Shown here piece by piece: positions 10,960 through 19,815 of a DNA stretch of 64,000 nucleotides (position 1 is its first letter; each line of letters opens with the position of its first letter). This DNA comes from Candidatus Latescibacterota bacterium (GTDB lineage: Bacteria > Krumholzibacteriota > Krumholzibacteriia > WVZY01 > JAKEHA01). The stretch spans positions 2,272,001 to 2,336,000 of the forward strand of contig OY970173.1 in the NCBI GenBank assembly GCA_963707635.1, read 5' to 3'. The position numbers were made by a program, and so were the translations under genes. The notes under the pieces were generated by a model that was not told the origin of the DNA, did not search any database, and saw only the letters and a list, made by a program, of their open reading frames with translations.

Positions 10960-11736
10960 CTAGAACGACCGGGTGAGGGTCAGCGCGACCGCGAGGCCCG
11001 CCGGCGACGGGGTCAGGTCGACGCGATAGCCGACCTCGTGGGACCGGTTCGCCGAGCGCGCCGCCGCATACGCGACCACCGCGCTCACGACACGGTTGGC
11101 CGCCGCCGCCGCGATCATGTAGTCGGCGCGGCGGTACGACGTCTTGCTCGACGAGCGCACTTCGGAATACTGCAAGCGGCGATCGGTCGACTCCCACAGC
11201 CACGGCTGGTAGTCCGACACGCGGTTCTCGGTGAAATACCGGTCGAGCGCGTCGGGGTCGATGGCGGCGGGATCCCCGATCGCGAAGCGCCCGTCGGTTT
11301 TCACGTCCGCCTCGTATTCGTCCGACGCGTCGTAGTCGCGCAGCGTCGCGTAGAACTCGTCGGAAAGTCCGGTGCGCGAGACCCCGGCGAAGAGTACCGC
11401 GAGCGACTGGTACTCGTCCTCGCGCTGCTGGCCCTGCACCTCGAACACCGCGTACGAGATCCAGATGACGCCCTCGGTGATGAAGAATGCGCTCGCGCGC
11501 CCCTTGTTACCCAGCGCGTAGTCGCCGAGTCCGGGAAGCAGGAGGGAATACAGCACGGCCCGCGTCGGCGAGATCACCGTCGAGGCGGGCTCGGTCGCGT
11601 CGTCCCCGGGGGCCCAGCCGGCGCCCGGTGCGGCGGCGAGGCCGGCGAGCGCGCCGTCGCGCAGCGAGGTCGCGCCGGCGGCGGCGGGCAGGAATCCCGC
11701 GGCCAGGAACGCGGCGAACACGCACGCCCGTGTCAC
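10960..11736 (-). CDS. Exported/membrane hypothetical protein (DUF5683-like 'SLLLPGLG' motif), paralogue of the next gene
   Basis: GTG 11736 overlaps the upstream stop (GTGA); signal peptide; RAVLYSLLLPGLGDYALG; ends ALTLTRSF. Confidence 0.7.
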   Translation of the reverse strand: MTRACVFAAFLAAGFLPAAAGATSLRDGALAGLAAAPGAGWAPGDDATEPASTVISPTRAVLYSLLLPGLGDYALGNKGRASAFFITEGVIWISYAVFEVQGQQREDEYQSLAVLFAGVSRTGLSDEFYATLRDYDASDEYEADVKTDGRFAIGDPAAIDPDALDRYFTENRVSDYQPWLWESTDRRLQYSEVRSSSKTSYRRADYMIAAAAANRVVSAVVAYAAARSANRSHEVGYRVDLTPSPAGLAVALTLTRSF

Positions 11737-12608
11737 TTGAAGCGCACCTCGAGCGCCACCTCTGCGCCGTCGTACCCGCGCGGCCGCGTGCGCAGCGACA
11801 CCGGCGCCGGCTTCCCGCCCCCGCCGGCGTTCTCGCGTCGGCCGTGGATGATGATCGCCGTCTCCACGATCGAGAAGGTGCGCGCCGCCAGCGATATCCA
11901 CACGAAGGAGTTGGCGTCGTCGAGTGCGTCGTTGCTCTGCTGGCGCATGTCGCGGTATTCGGTGCGCAGATCGGTCTGGTGCGCGTAGGGGGTTTGCGCG
12001 GGATTCCAGTCCTCCCAGCCGGAAATGTACCAGTCGTATTTGCCGATGTTCTCGTAGTAGTGCTGCTTGTCCTCGTCCTTCGACACCCACGGAATGTAGC
12101 CCGGCCACGCGCCGCTCCCCGAGGTCGCCTTCCCGCAGTCTTCCACGTCGTCGAGGGTGGCACCCGTCGGCGGCACGGTCGGACACGGGTGGTCGTCGAT
12201 CCACTTGTCGTAGCTCCAGTACGCGTCGGCGAACGCCTCGTACTGGGTGCGCATGTTGATTCCGTCGTCGTGCTTGACGAAGTAACCGGTCCACGCCGCG
12301 ACCTCCACCGCCGCGAGCGCGATCCCGCGCCCCCAGTAGCCCATCGTCATTTCGCCGAGCCCGGGGATGATCGCCGAGTACAGCACCGGCAGGTAACTCT
12401 GCCCGGCGGGCGCCGCGGCGTCCTCGCTCCACGCGCGAAAGCGATCGTCGTCTATGGACGCGGGCGCGTCCAGGCCCGGGTGCGCCGCCAGCCGGCTGGA
12501 CGGGTACGACGCCCCGGCGAGCGGCAGGGCGTCCTGCCCGCCCGCGATCGCCGGGCGGGCGCCCGCGGCAGCGAGGACGAGCACCATCCAACCGAAGAGT
12601 ACACGCAT
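11733..12608 (-). CDS. Exported/membrane hypothetical protein (DUF5683-like), paralogue of the previous gene
   Basis: ATG 12608 with GGAGG SD; signal peptide; LYSAIIPGLGEMTMG; ends VALEVRFK. Confidence 0.7.
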   Translation of the reverse strand: MRVLFGWMVLVLAAAGARPAIAGGQDALPLAGASYPSSRLAAHPGLDAPASIDDDRFRAWSEDAAAPAGQSYLPVLYSAIIPGLGEMTMGYWGRGIALAAVEVAAWTGYFVKHDDGINMRTQYEAFADAYWSYDKWIDDHPCPTVPPTGATLDDVEDCGKATSGSGAWPGYIPWVSKDEDKQHYYENIGKYDWYISGWEDWNPAQTPYAHQTDLRTEYRDMRQQSNDALDDANSFVWISLAARTFSIVETAIIIHGRRENAGGGGKPAPVSLRTRPRGYDGAEVALEVRFK

Positions 12609-12682
12609 GCTTCGGGTGCCTCCGAGTGAGGCGCCGGCGCGCTCGAACGCTCCGACGCCGGTTTGCGCAGGGGGTGCAGGGG

Positions 12683-13675
12683 CTAAAACGTAAAGTACAA
12701 CGACCAGCGGTGCACGCGATCGAGCGACTGCGCCTGCGGGACGTTCGCGTAGTCGAGCGACAACTTGTCCTTGTAAATGAACCCGAGCCCGTACGTCGCG
12801 GCGTTGAAATCTCCGTCCTGGTCGTAGACGTATCCGACGCGTCCCGCGATCAGATTCACGTACCGATACTCGGCTCCGGCGTGCCAGATCTCGCTGCGCC
12901 GCGTGTCGATATTGTCGTCGATCAGCCATACCAGACTCTGTTCGACGTCGCCGGTCAGGAGCAAGTTGCTGACTTCGTCGGCCACCACGGTGTAGGCGGC
13001 GCCGAGGCGCGCGGTGAACGGCAGCGCGTCGCTCTGCTCGCGATCGATGAACGCGATGTCCGGACCCATGTTGGTCAGCGAGAATCCGAGGTTGAGGCGC
13101 GGGCCTTCGAACTTGTACAGCGCGCCGAGGTCGACGGCGAAGCTGGTCCCCGCGCCCTCCACGTTGTCCTGGGTAAATTCGGCCGGCGCGAGGTCGACGC
13201 GCACGAACTTCATGGAGATGCCCACACCCAGACTCTTGGCGAGCGCCATCGCGAAGGAAACGTTCAACGAACCTTCCCAGCTCGTGAACGTCCCCAGCGG
13301 TGTTCCCGCCGGATCGGTCGCCACGCTCTCGCCGTAGGTCAGATAGATGATGCTGGCCGACCAGGTGCCGATGTCGCCGGCCGGGCTCGAATAGCCGAGG
13401 TACTCGTAATACACGTCCGTGGCCAGATCGGGGACGAGTTGGCTGTGCATGAACGCCAGGCTGCGGGTCTTGGCGAACGCCAGCCCGCCGGCGTTCCACC
13501 ACCCCGCGGTGGCGTCGTCCGCGACGGCGACAAACGCTTCTCCCATCCCGTTGGGGCGCGCCCCGGGGGGAATGGTGAGGGAAGGAACCGCGGATTCCGC
13601 GACGGCAAACGCATTCGAATGGGCCGCCAGCACCGCGATGACCGCCGCGCCGACTAATAGTCTCCGATGATTCAT
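12683..13675 (-). CDS. porV: PorV/PorQ-family T9SS outer-membrane shuttle
   Basis: SLTIPPGARPNGMGEAFVAVADDATAGWWNAGGLA signature, FAVDLG, LTNMGPDI, terminal Phe; AGGAGG SD; directly downstream of porU as in Bacteroidota. Confidence 0.85.
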   Translation of the reverse strand: MNHRRLLVGAAVIAVLAAHSNAFAVAESAVPSLTIPPGARPNGMGEAFVAVADDATAGWWNAGGLAFAKTRSLAFMHSQLVPDLATDVYYEYLGYSSPAGDIGTWSASIIYLTYGESVATDPAGTPLGTFTSWEGSLNVSFAMALAKSLGVGISMKFVRVDLAPAEFTQDNVEGAGTSFAVDLGALYKFEGPRLNLGFSLTNMGPDIAFIDREQSDALPFTARLGAAYTVVADEVSNLLLTGDVEQSLVWLIDDNIDTRRSEIWHAGAEYRYVNLIAGRVGYVYDQDGDFNAATYGLGFIYKDKLSLDYANVPQAQSLDRVHRWSLYFTF

Positions 13676-13698
13676 GTAAGCCTCCTAAGTGCCTATCA

Positions 13699-13727
13699 AT
13701 ACTACGGTGTTAAGGGTGCACGGTCAA
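13699..13727 (-). promoter_or_regulatory. Putative sigma70 promoter of porV (TTGACC-N17-TAGTAT)
   Basis: Consensus-like hexamers with 17-bp spacer in an AT-richer gap between porU and porV. Confidence 0.6.
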
Positions 13728-13734
13728 CAGGGGG

Positions 13735-16700
13735 CTAACGGATCTTCGACACGCCGCCTCGCAACACGACCGGGGCGCGGTCCAGGCCATCGAACGTCAC
13801 CGTGGCCACATACAGGTACGTTCCGTTGGCGAGGTCCCCGCCGGCGCCGTCCCGGCCGTCCCACTCGATCCAGGCTTCCCCGGCGTCGCGCACCTGTTCG
13901 AGTCTGCGCACGCGCTTGCCGGACACGGTGAAGAGGTCCAGCTTTATCGACGCCCGGTTCGAGAGGCGCAACAGGAATTGCGTCGAGGTTTTGAACGGAT
14001 TCGGATAATTCAGCACCGCCTCGGCGTAATAGTTCGCCGCGTCGGTGACGTCGAAGAACAGCGTGTCCACGGTGGTCGCGCCGAAGGCGTCGCTCACCTT
14101 GTAGACCAGGCGGTGGCGTCCCACCGGGAGCTCCGGCAGCGGATACAGCAGCACGCCCGAGGTGTCCACGCCGCCGTGGTCGAAGGTGAAGAAATCGTTC
14201 ACGTCGATCGGTATCGGCAGGTTGTCGATCAGGATCGCCTGCTTGCCCGAGTTGGTCGTCTCCAGGATATTGATGCCGTCCTGATCACGCACCACGCCGC
14301 GCACGGTGTCTCCGAGCTTGACTACCGTGAGGCCGCTCTTGAACCCCAGGTCGACGCGCGGGGCGCCGTCGACCGGCCGCAGCGCCAGCGAGTCCGCGAG
14401 GGTCGGCGGCACGACCACGAGCACGCTGTCGATGGTCACCGCCGCGTCGCGGTTTCCGTCGTGGGCGTACGCGGTCGCCAGCGCGAGCGTGCCGGTCGCC
14501 GCGTCGCGCGGCACCCGGAAGCTGACCTCGAATTCCCCGTGGGCCGCATCGGTCGTGCCCTGGTAGATTGCGCCGCCCGCGATCAGGTAACGAATCTCCG
14601 CCCCGCAGGGGGCCTGGTAGATGCGGTGCACCGTCGGCTCGCGCACCACCACTTCGACCGGCCCGTCGAAGGTGGCGTCCACCCCTCCGTCCGCGTACAC
14701 CGCGCCGCGGAGTGTGCGTCGGGTTCCTGCGACCATCGTGTCCTCCGCCGCGGTGTCGAATCGAGCCTCGAGCTGCGCCACGCCGACGGTCAGGGCCGGA
14801 TCCGCCAGCAGGTTGTACTTCCACGAGTTTTCCTCCTGGAACGCGCTGAAGCCGGTCTGCGCCTGGGCCGTCAGCTTCGAGTGGGCCAGCGCGACTCCCA
14901 CCGGGGTCCACGTCGCCCCCAGCCGGCGCGGCAGGAGGCGCTCGAAGAGCGCGAAGTTGAGCACCTCGTTCGGATTCGGATACGACTCGATCGAGGCCGT
15001 GACGGTTCCAATCGCGCCGCCCTCTTCGCGCAGCAGCAGTTTCTCCGAGAGGCTCTTCCCCGCCGGGTTGGCGAAGTCGCCGATGGTACAGCTGAACGCC
15101 ATCAGGATCGGGAGGCTCAGCCCGTTGTTGAGCTGACTGACGTCCGTTCCGAGAAACACCTGCTCGTCCGCCATTTGTTGCGAGCTGCCGTGACCGATAT
15201 AGTTGATCAGGAGCGCCCCCCGATTCCACGCCTCGAGAAAGGCCGCCCGCGACTGCGGCTTCACACCCGCGTTGCTCGGGTATTCGGTCAGGTAGATCTT
15301 CTCGGTTTCCGGAAAATTGGGCGCCTTCTGCGCCGCGATGAGTTCCGACTCGAAGGTCCATTGCGTTTCGCAGGCGCCTTCGAACGACGAGTTCTCGTCG
15401 TCGGCGACCAGGATGTAGCGGTTGCGCCACGACGTCCGGGGCGCGTCGCTCTCGTAGGCGATGGTCTTGTCGACCAGGACCGCCGCCTCCTCCGCCGACG
15501 CCGCGGGCAGCCGGCCCAGCGCGAGGTCGGGCACGGCCTCACCGGCCAGGAGGTCACCCGCGTCCAGGTGGCCGAACCACTCATCGGTGGAGAAGGTGAA
15601 AATCGTGAAGCGCGTAAAATAGAGATTGGACGGCACGAAATCGGGCTGGGGGCTCACGTGGTTGTTGAAGTCCTCGTTGGCATCGCCCAGTAGCAGCACG
15701 TAGCCCAGACTCGGGTTGCCGGCGGCGTCCGCATAGTTGTCGTAGAGGAACTTGAAGTAGTTGCGCAGCGCCATCGGGTCGGGCATGCCGCCCGAGAAGT
15801 TGTCAAAAATGTCGTCGGTGGTGACGACTTTGACCGCGGGGCTCGCGTACAAGGGCAGGTGGGCGGCGCGGTACGCGCGCAGACGGTCGGCCGCGGCGCG
15901 AAAATCACGGTGGCAGACGATGAGCATGTTCGGCCCCGATGTCTCGGCGCGCAGGTCGACGGGATTCATGCGCACCATGGCCGGCCGCTTCAACCCCGGT
16001 GTCGTCGCCACCCAGAAATGCCGGCGCGACCCGGCGATCGGAGACGAGATGCGTACGCGCCGGAGCGAGCCGACGGGCGTTATCTCGGCGCCGGTCAGCG
16101 CCTGCGGGTTCCACACATCGGTCACGTCGAAGGTCCACACCGTGCCCGACGCACCGAATCCGTCGACGCGAAAATTGACAGTCGCGGTGGTATCGCTCGA
16201 CGTGAACCCGATGGCGTCGTCGACGGCGATCAGCCGCCGGTGATACGCCACCGCAAACCATGCGAAGCGCATCTTATCCTTCGCGTTCAGGTCGCCCGGC
16301 ACCCGCAGGCGAAACTGGTTCACGCCGTTGAGGAGGAATCCTCCCGTCACGCGCACCGGCACGCCGTCCTCGTAGTAGCGCTGGCCGATGGTCGCATCCC
16401 ACACCTTGTCCCCGACCACGACCTGCTGCCCGCCGCGATAATCCAGGTACACCGCGTGGTGTCCCTCGTTTTGCGCCGTAGGGTCGTTGATCGAGGCGTA
16501 CGGGGCCAGCGCGACCGTCCAGAACTCCTGGGGTCGCGATGTGACGAGATTGCGCACGTCGACGGGCGCGAGCCCGGTGAGGTTGTTGTTGGGAGCCTTG
16601 ATGTCGAGCCAGAGCCACCCGTCGCCGCCGTAGTCGAAGTCGGCAGCGAGGTCGCGCTCGCGATAGTCGCGGTGCCGGTATGTGGTGACCTCGGCGGCGG

Positions 16701-17625
16701 CGACCGGCGTCGCGTCGACACCGGACATTCGCGCCGGCGCCCCCGGCAACCCCGCGCCCCACGAGAGGTAGTAGTAGTTCGTCGCCGTGTGGGTGTGCTC
16801 GTGGAACACCGTGTCGGCCACACTCGGGTCGTAGAAGTCGCCCCAGTCACGCGCGCCGACCCCGTAGAACACGATGCGGTCGCCGGGATCGAAAGTGCCG
16901 TCGCTTCCCGCCTCGACCCGGATGGGGATCTCTCGCATCGCCTGCCCGGGGCGCCAGGATGCGTTCGGGTCCACGAACGCACGCGCCTCGTTGAGCCCGC
17001 CCCGCGTGTACAGCCGAATCGTCGCCGGGTCGATGGCGGAGAGGTTGGCGCCGATCGTCGTAAGGTCGGCGCCGGTGATGCCATACACGCCGCGCTCGGT
17101 TATCGACAGCTTCACCCAGGTGCCCGCGAGCGAGAACCACGGATCCGGCGACCCGCTGCGCGGCTCCAGCGGAAATACCTGCGTGTTCATGACCAGGCGC
17201 TTGAGCAGAGGATCCGCCGTGGTCGCGTCGTTGAACGTCGTCGCCGGCTGGTAGTCGACAACGACATGCGCCGTGGGCGTCGCCACCGGGACCAGGACCC
17301 GGATCCACAACACGCGCGCGCCGCGGTATGAAATCGGGGCGGAGACGGTCAGCGTGTCGGAGAGAATCGATTGCGGGGCCAACGCGGTCGTGGACGCCGA
17401 CGCGGGCCCCCCTACGAACGTGATGGAGTACGAGCCGGTCGGGGCGACGGCGACGAAGAACGTGGTCTCCGCGGGATACAACGGGGTCTGCGAGTTGTCG
17501 ATCTCGACCACGACCCGGCCGTTGTTGTCCGACGCGGTACGCAGGGAAACGCCCGCCCATGACGGCGTCGTCACCAGGGCGCACGCATACGCCAGTAACG
17601 CCGCTTTCATCTCGACTGCACGCAT
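13735..17625 (-). CDS. porU: PorU-like T9SS sortase (peptidase C25/gingipain family) with C-terminal sorting domain
   Basis: Signal peptide; IFDNFSGG.PDP.ALRN, YVLLLGD, DLALGRLP; His-Cys dyad (YIGHG / FSCTIG); CTD NYPNPF...IFTVSG-like...WDGRD..G..LANGTYLY. Confidence 0.85.
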   Translation of the reverse strand: MRAVEMKAALLAYACALVTTPSWAGVSLRTASDNNGRVVVEIDNSQTPLYPAETTFFVAVAPTGSYSITFVGGPASASTTALAPQSILSDTLTVSAPISYRGARVLWIRVLVPVATPTAHVVVDYQPATTFNDATTADPLLKRLVMNTQVFPLEPRSGSPDPWFSLAGTWVKLSITERGVYGITGADLTTIGANLSAIDPATIRLYTRGGLNEARAFVDPNASWRPGQAMREIPIRVEAGSDGTFDPGDRIVFYGVGARDWGDFYDPSVADTVFHEHTHTATNYYYLSWGAGLPGAPARMSGVDATPVAAAEVTTYRHRDYRERDLAADFDYGGDGWLWLDIKAPNNNLTGLAPVDVRNLVTSRPQEFWTVALAPYASINDPTAQNEGHHAVYLDYRGGQQVVVGDKVWDATIGQRYYEDGVPVRVTGGFLLNGVNQFRLRVPGDLNAKDKMRFAWFAVAYHRRLIAVDDAIGFTSSDTTATVNFRVDGFGASGTVWTFDVTDVWNPQALTGAEITPVGSLRRVRISSPIAGSRRHFWVATTPGLKRPAMVRMNPVDLRAETSGPNMLIVCHRDFRAAADRLRAYRAAHLPLYASPAVKVVTTDDIFDNFSGGMPDPMALRNYFKFLYDNYADAAGNPSLGYVLLLGDANEDFNNHVSPQPDFVPSNLYFTRFTIFTFSTDEWFGHLDAGDLLAGEAVPDLALGRLPAASAEEAAVLVDKTIAYESDAPRTSWRNRYILVADDENSSFEGACETQWTFESELIAAQKAPNFPETEKIYLTEYPSNAGVKPQSRAAFLEAWNRGALLINYIGHGSSQQMADEQVFLGTDVSQLNNGLSLPILMAFSCTIGDFANPAGKSLSEKLLLREEGGAIGTVTASIESYPNPNEVLNFALFERLLPRRLGATWTPVGVALAHSKLTAQAQTGFSAFQEENSWKYNLLADPALTVGVAQLEARFDTAAEDTMVAGTRRTLRGAVYADGGVDATFDGPVEVVVREPTVHRIYQAPCGAEIRYLIAGGAIYQGTTDAAHGEFEVSFRVPRDAATGTLALATAYAHDGNRDAAVTIDSVLVVVPPTLADSLALRPVDGAPRVDLGFKSGLTVVKLGDTVRGVVRDQDGINILETTNSGKQAILIDNLPIPIDVNDFFTFDHGGVDTSGVLLYPLPELPVGRHRLVYKVSDAFGATTVDTLFFDVTDAANYYAEAVLNYPNPFKTSTQFLLRLSNRASIKLDLFTVSGKRVRRLEQVRDAGEAWIEWDGRDGAGGDLANGTYLYVATVTFDGLDRAPVVLRGGVSKIR

Positions 17626-17706
17626 GTTTGCCTAAACCGTTCTCGAATCTGCCGTGTGGGCGGCCACAGGGCCGCCGGGTCGATCGAGCGGGTTCGGGGG
17701 GGCCCC

Positions 17707-17880
17707 CTACGCGTCCAGGGACTCCGCCCGGTCGATCAGCATGATGGGAATCCCGTGCTCGTTGATCGGATACTTGATCCGGCAGCGCGTGCACACGAGA
17801 TGGCGCCCTCGCTCGTCGAGGACGACCTTCTCCTTGCACTTCGGACAGGCCAGGATCTCGAGCAACTCCGGACGGATCAC
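17707..17880 (-). CDS. Trm112-like (YcaR/DUF343) small protein, 57 aa
   Basis: Manual translation MIRPELLEILACPKCKEKVVLDERGRHLVCTRCRIKYPINEHGIPIMLIDRAESLDA; GAGGT SD; absent from the ORF track. Confidence 0.9.
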   Translation of the reverse strand: MIRPELLEILACPKCKEKVVLDERGRHLVCTRCRIKYPINEHGIPIMLIDRAESLDA

Positions 17881-17930
17881 GGGATACCTCGAAGGACAAA
17901 CAGGGGCAGGATAACTACAGCTTGTTCAAG

Positions 17931-17960
17931 ATCTTACATTTTGAGCGGCGGTTCCGTCAA
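17931..17960 (-). promoter_or_regulatory. Putative sigma70 promoter (TTGACG-N18-TAAGAT) for the Trm112-like gene and possibly porU
   Basis: Hexamers close to consensus in an AT-rich gap after accA. Confidence 0.5.
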
Positions 17961-18934
17961 GGCGATTCTTGCTCGAAATAGCCCATGTTCATGTACTTCT
18001 TGAGCCTGCGCTCGCGCAGCGTCGACGGATTCACGTGGGCCAGATAGTTTATTTCTTCGAACACCGCCCGGCCCAGCGTGTCGGCCATGGTCGCCGGATC
18101 CCGGTGCGCGCCCCCGGGCGGTTCCGGAATCACGCGGTCGATGACGCCCAGCGCGAGCAGATGCTTCGCGGTCAACTTGAGCGCCTCCGCCGCTTCTTTC
18201 ACCTTCGCCTGGTCCTTCCACAGGATGGCGGCGCACCCCTCCGGTGAAATGACGGAATAGATCGCGTACTGCAGCATGAGGATGCGGTCGGAAACGCCAA
18301 GGGCGAGCGCGCCGCCGCTTCCCCCTTCGCCGATCACCACCGACACGATCGGAACCCGCAGCGACGCCATCAACTTCAGGTTCTCCGCGATCGCCAGCGC
18401 CTGCCCCCGCTCTTCCGCACCGAGTCCCGGGTACGCGCCCGGCGTATCGATGAGCGTCACGATCGGGAGGTTGAACTTGTCCGCCAGGCGCATCAACCGG
18501 TTCGCCTTGCGGTACCCCTCGGGGTTCGGCATGCCGAAGTTGCGCCGGATGTTCTCCTTGGTGTCCCGGCCTTTCTGGTGCCCGATGACCAGCACGCGGC
18601 GATCGTAGAGGGTCATGAAGCCGGCGACGATGGCCTCGTCGTCCGCGAAACAGCGGTCGCCGTGCAACTCGATGAACTCGGTGGCAAAACTCCCGATGTA
18701 GTCGAGGCAGTACGGGCGCTGGGGATGGCGGGCGAGCTGCACCTGCTCCCAGGCGGTGAGCTTGGCAAAGATCTCGCCGCGGAGCCGGTCCGCCTTCTCG
18801 GCGAGCCGGTGCACCTCATCGTCGACGGGGACGTTCTGCACGATCGCCAGCTGCTTGAGCTCCGCGATCTTGTCCTCGAGCTCGACGATCGGTTGCTCGA
18901 AATCCAGAACGTAACGTTTCGGAGCGCGCTGCAT
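17957..18934 (-). CDS. accA: Acetyl-CoA carboxylase carboxyltransferase alpha subunit
   Basis: LDFEQPI, ARHPQRP, ELHGDR, NFGMPNPEGYRKA, DTPGAYPG, GEGGSGGALA. Confidence 0.97.
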   Translation of the reverse strand: MQRAPKRYVLDFEQPIVELEDKIAELKQLAIVQNVPVDDEVHRLAEKADRLRGEIFAKLTAWEQVQLARHPQRPYCLDYIGSFATEFIELHGDRCFADDEAIVAGFMTLYDRRVLVIGHQKGRDTKENIRRNFGMPNPEGYRKANRLMRLADKFNLPIVTLIDTPGAYPGLGAEERGQALAIAENLKLMASLRVPIVSVVIGEGGSGGALALGVSDRILMLQYAIYSVISPEGCAAILWKDQAKVKEAAEALKLTAKHLLALGVIDRVIPEPPGGAHRDPATMADTLGRAVFEEINYLAHVNPSTLRERRLKKYMNMGYFEQESP

Positions 18935-18949
18935 GTCACCCGCCTTCGT

Positions 18950-19711
18950 TCAGAACCAGTCGGTGAAAGCGATCTCCAGCTCCCGGGCCGGATGCTCTTC
19001 CCCGGCCAGGTTGCCGGTCAGGTCGCTGAATACTAGCATCAGCGAGAGGCGGTTTCCAAGCGCCACCCGTAACCCCACATCCACGTAGGCGCCCCCCTCG
19101 CCGTAGCGGCCGTCGCGCTGGTCGTCGTTCCAGGCCGCGTCGACGTCGCACAAGAGCGACACGTGACCGGCGATCGTCCAGTCCACACTCGCGAACGCGT
19201 CGGGCGCCTCGTCGCCGTCGCCGGTCTCCAGGCTGTAGTTCAGCCCCCCGTGCAGCGAGAGGTCACCGAGAAACGACCGCCAGTTCTTGCTCGCCACCGC
19301 GTAGAAGCCGGGTGACTTGCGCTGGTACCGCTCGAGGTCGCCGTCGTACTCGCCCCAGCCCTGCGATGCGAACCCGATAACCACCGCGGGTCGCGACGAT
19401 TCCGCGAGGACGCGCACACGGAGCTCGAAGCCCGCGTGCGGGTTGAGCTCCACGTCGTCGCTGTCGATGAGGTGTTCGGCGCCGTAGAACACACCCGCCT
19501 GCGCCCGGTCCTTGAAACCCACCCGCGCGCCGAGCAGAAGACTGCTCTCCGGAGCGACGCGGGCCTGGAACCGGTACTCGCGATGCTCGAGCAGGCCGGC
19601 AGTCGGGTAGCGCGTTCCGTCGACGGGCTGATCGAACCCGGCGCGGGCCGGGCCGGCGAACACCAGGACGACGAGCCAAACGATGCGGCACGTGCGCGGG
19701 TCTCCGCTCAT
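18950..19711 (-). CDS. Exported beta-barrel protein, YjbH-like
   Basis: 3' part of ORF 18950..21271 from ATG 19711; signal peptide, PTAGLL, YAVASKN, HGGLNYS, terminal Phe. Confidence 0.6.
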   Translation of the reverse strand: MSGDPRTCRIVWLVVLVFAGPARAGFDQPVDGTRYPTAGLLEHREYRFQARVAPESSLLLGARVGFKDRAQAGVFYGAEHLIDSDDVELNPHAGFELRVRVLAESSRPAVVIGFASQGWGEYDGDLERYQRKSPGFYAVASKNWRSFLGDLSLHGGLNYSLETGDGDEAPDAFASVDWTIAGHVSLLCDVDAAWNDDQRDGRYGEGGAYVDVGLRVALGNRLSLMLVFSDLTGNLAGEEHPARELEIAFTDWF

Positions 19712-19815
19712 GCCGCTCGCGCGCCAGCGTTGAAAGCGCGCCTCGCGAAAATCGCGTCGACCCGTGCACGCGCCTCTGCAAGCGCCCCGGTTGTCACCTC
19801 GCCCGGCACCGGTCG

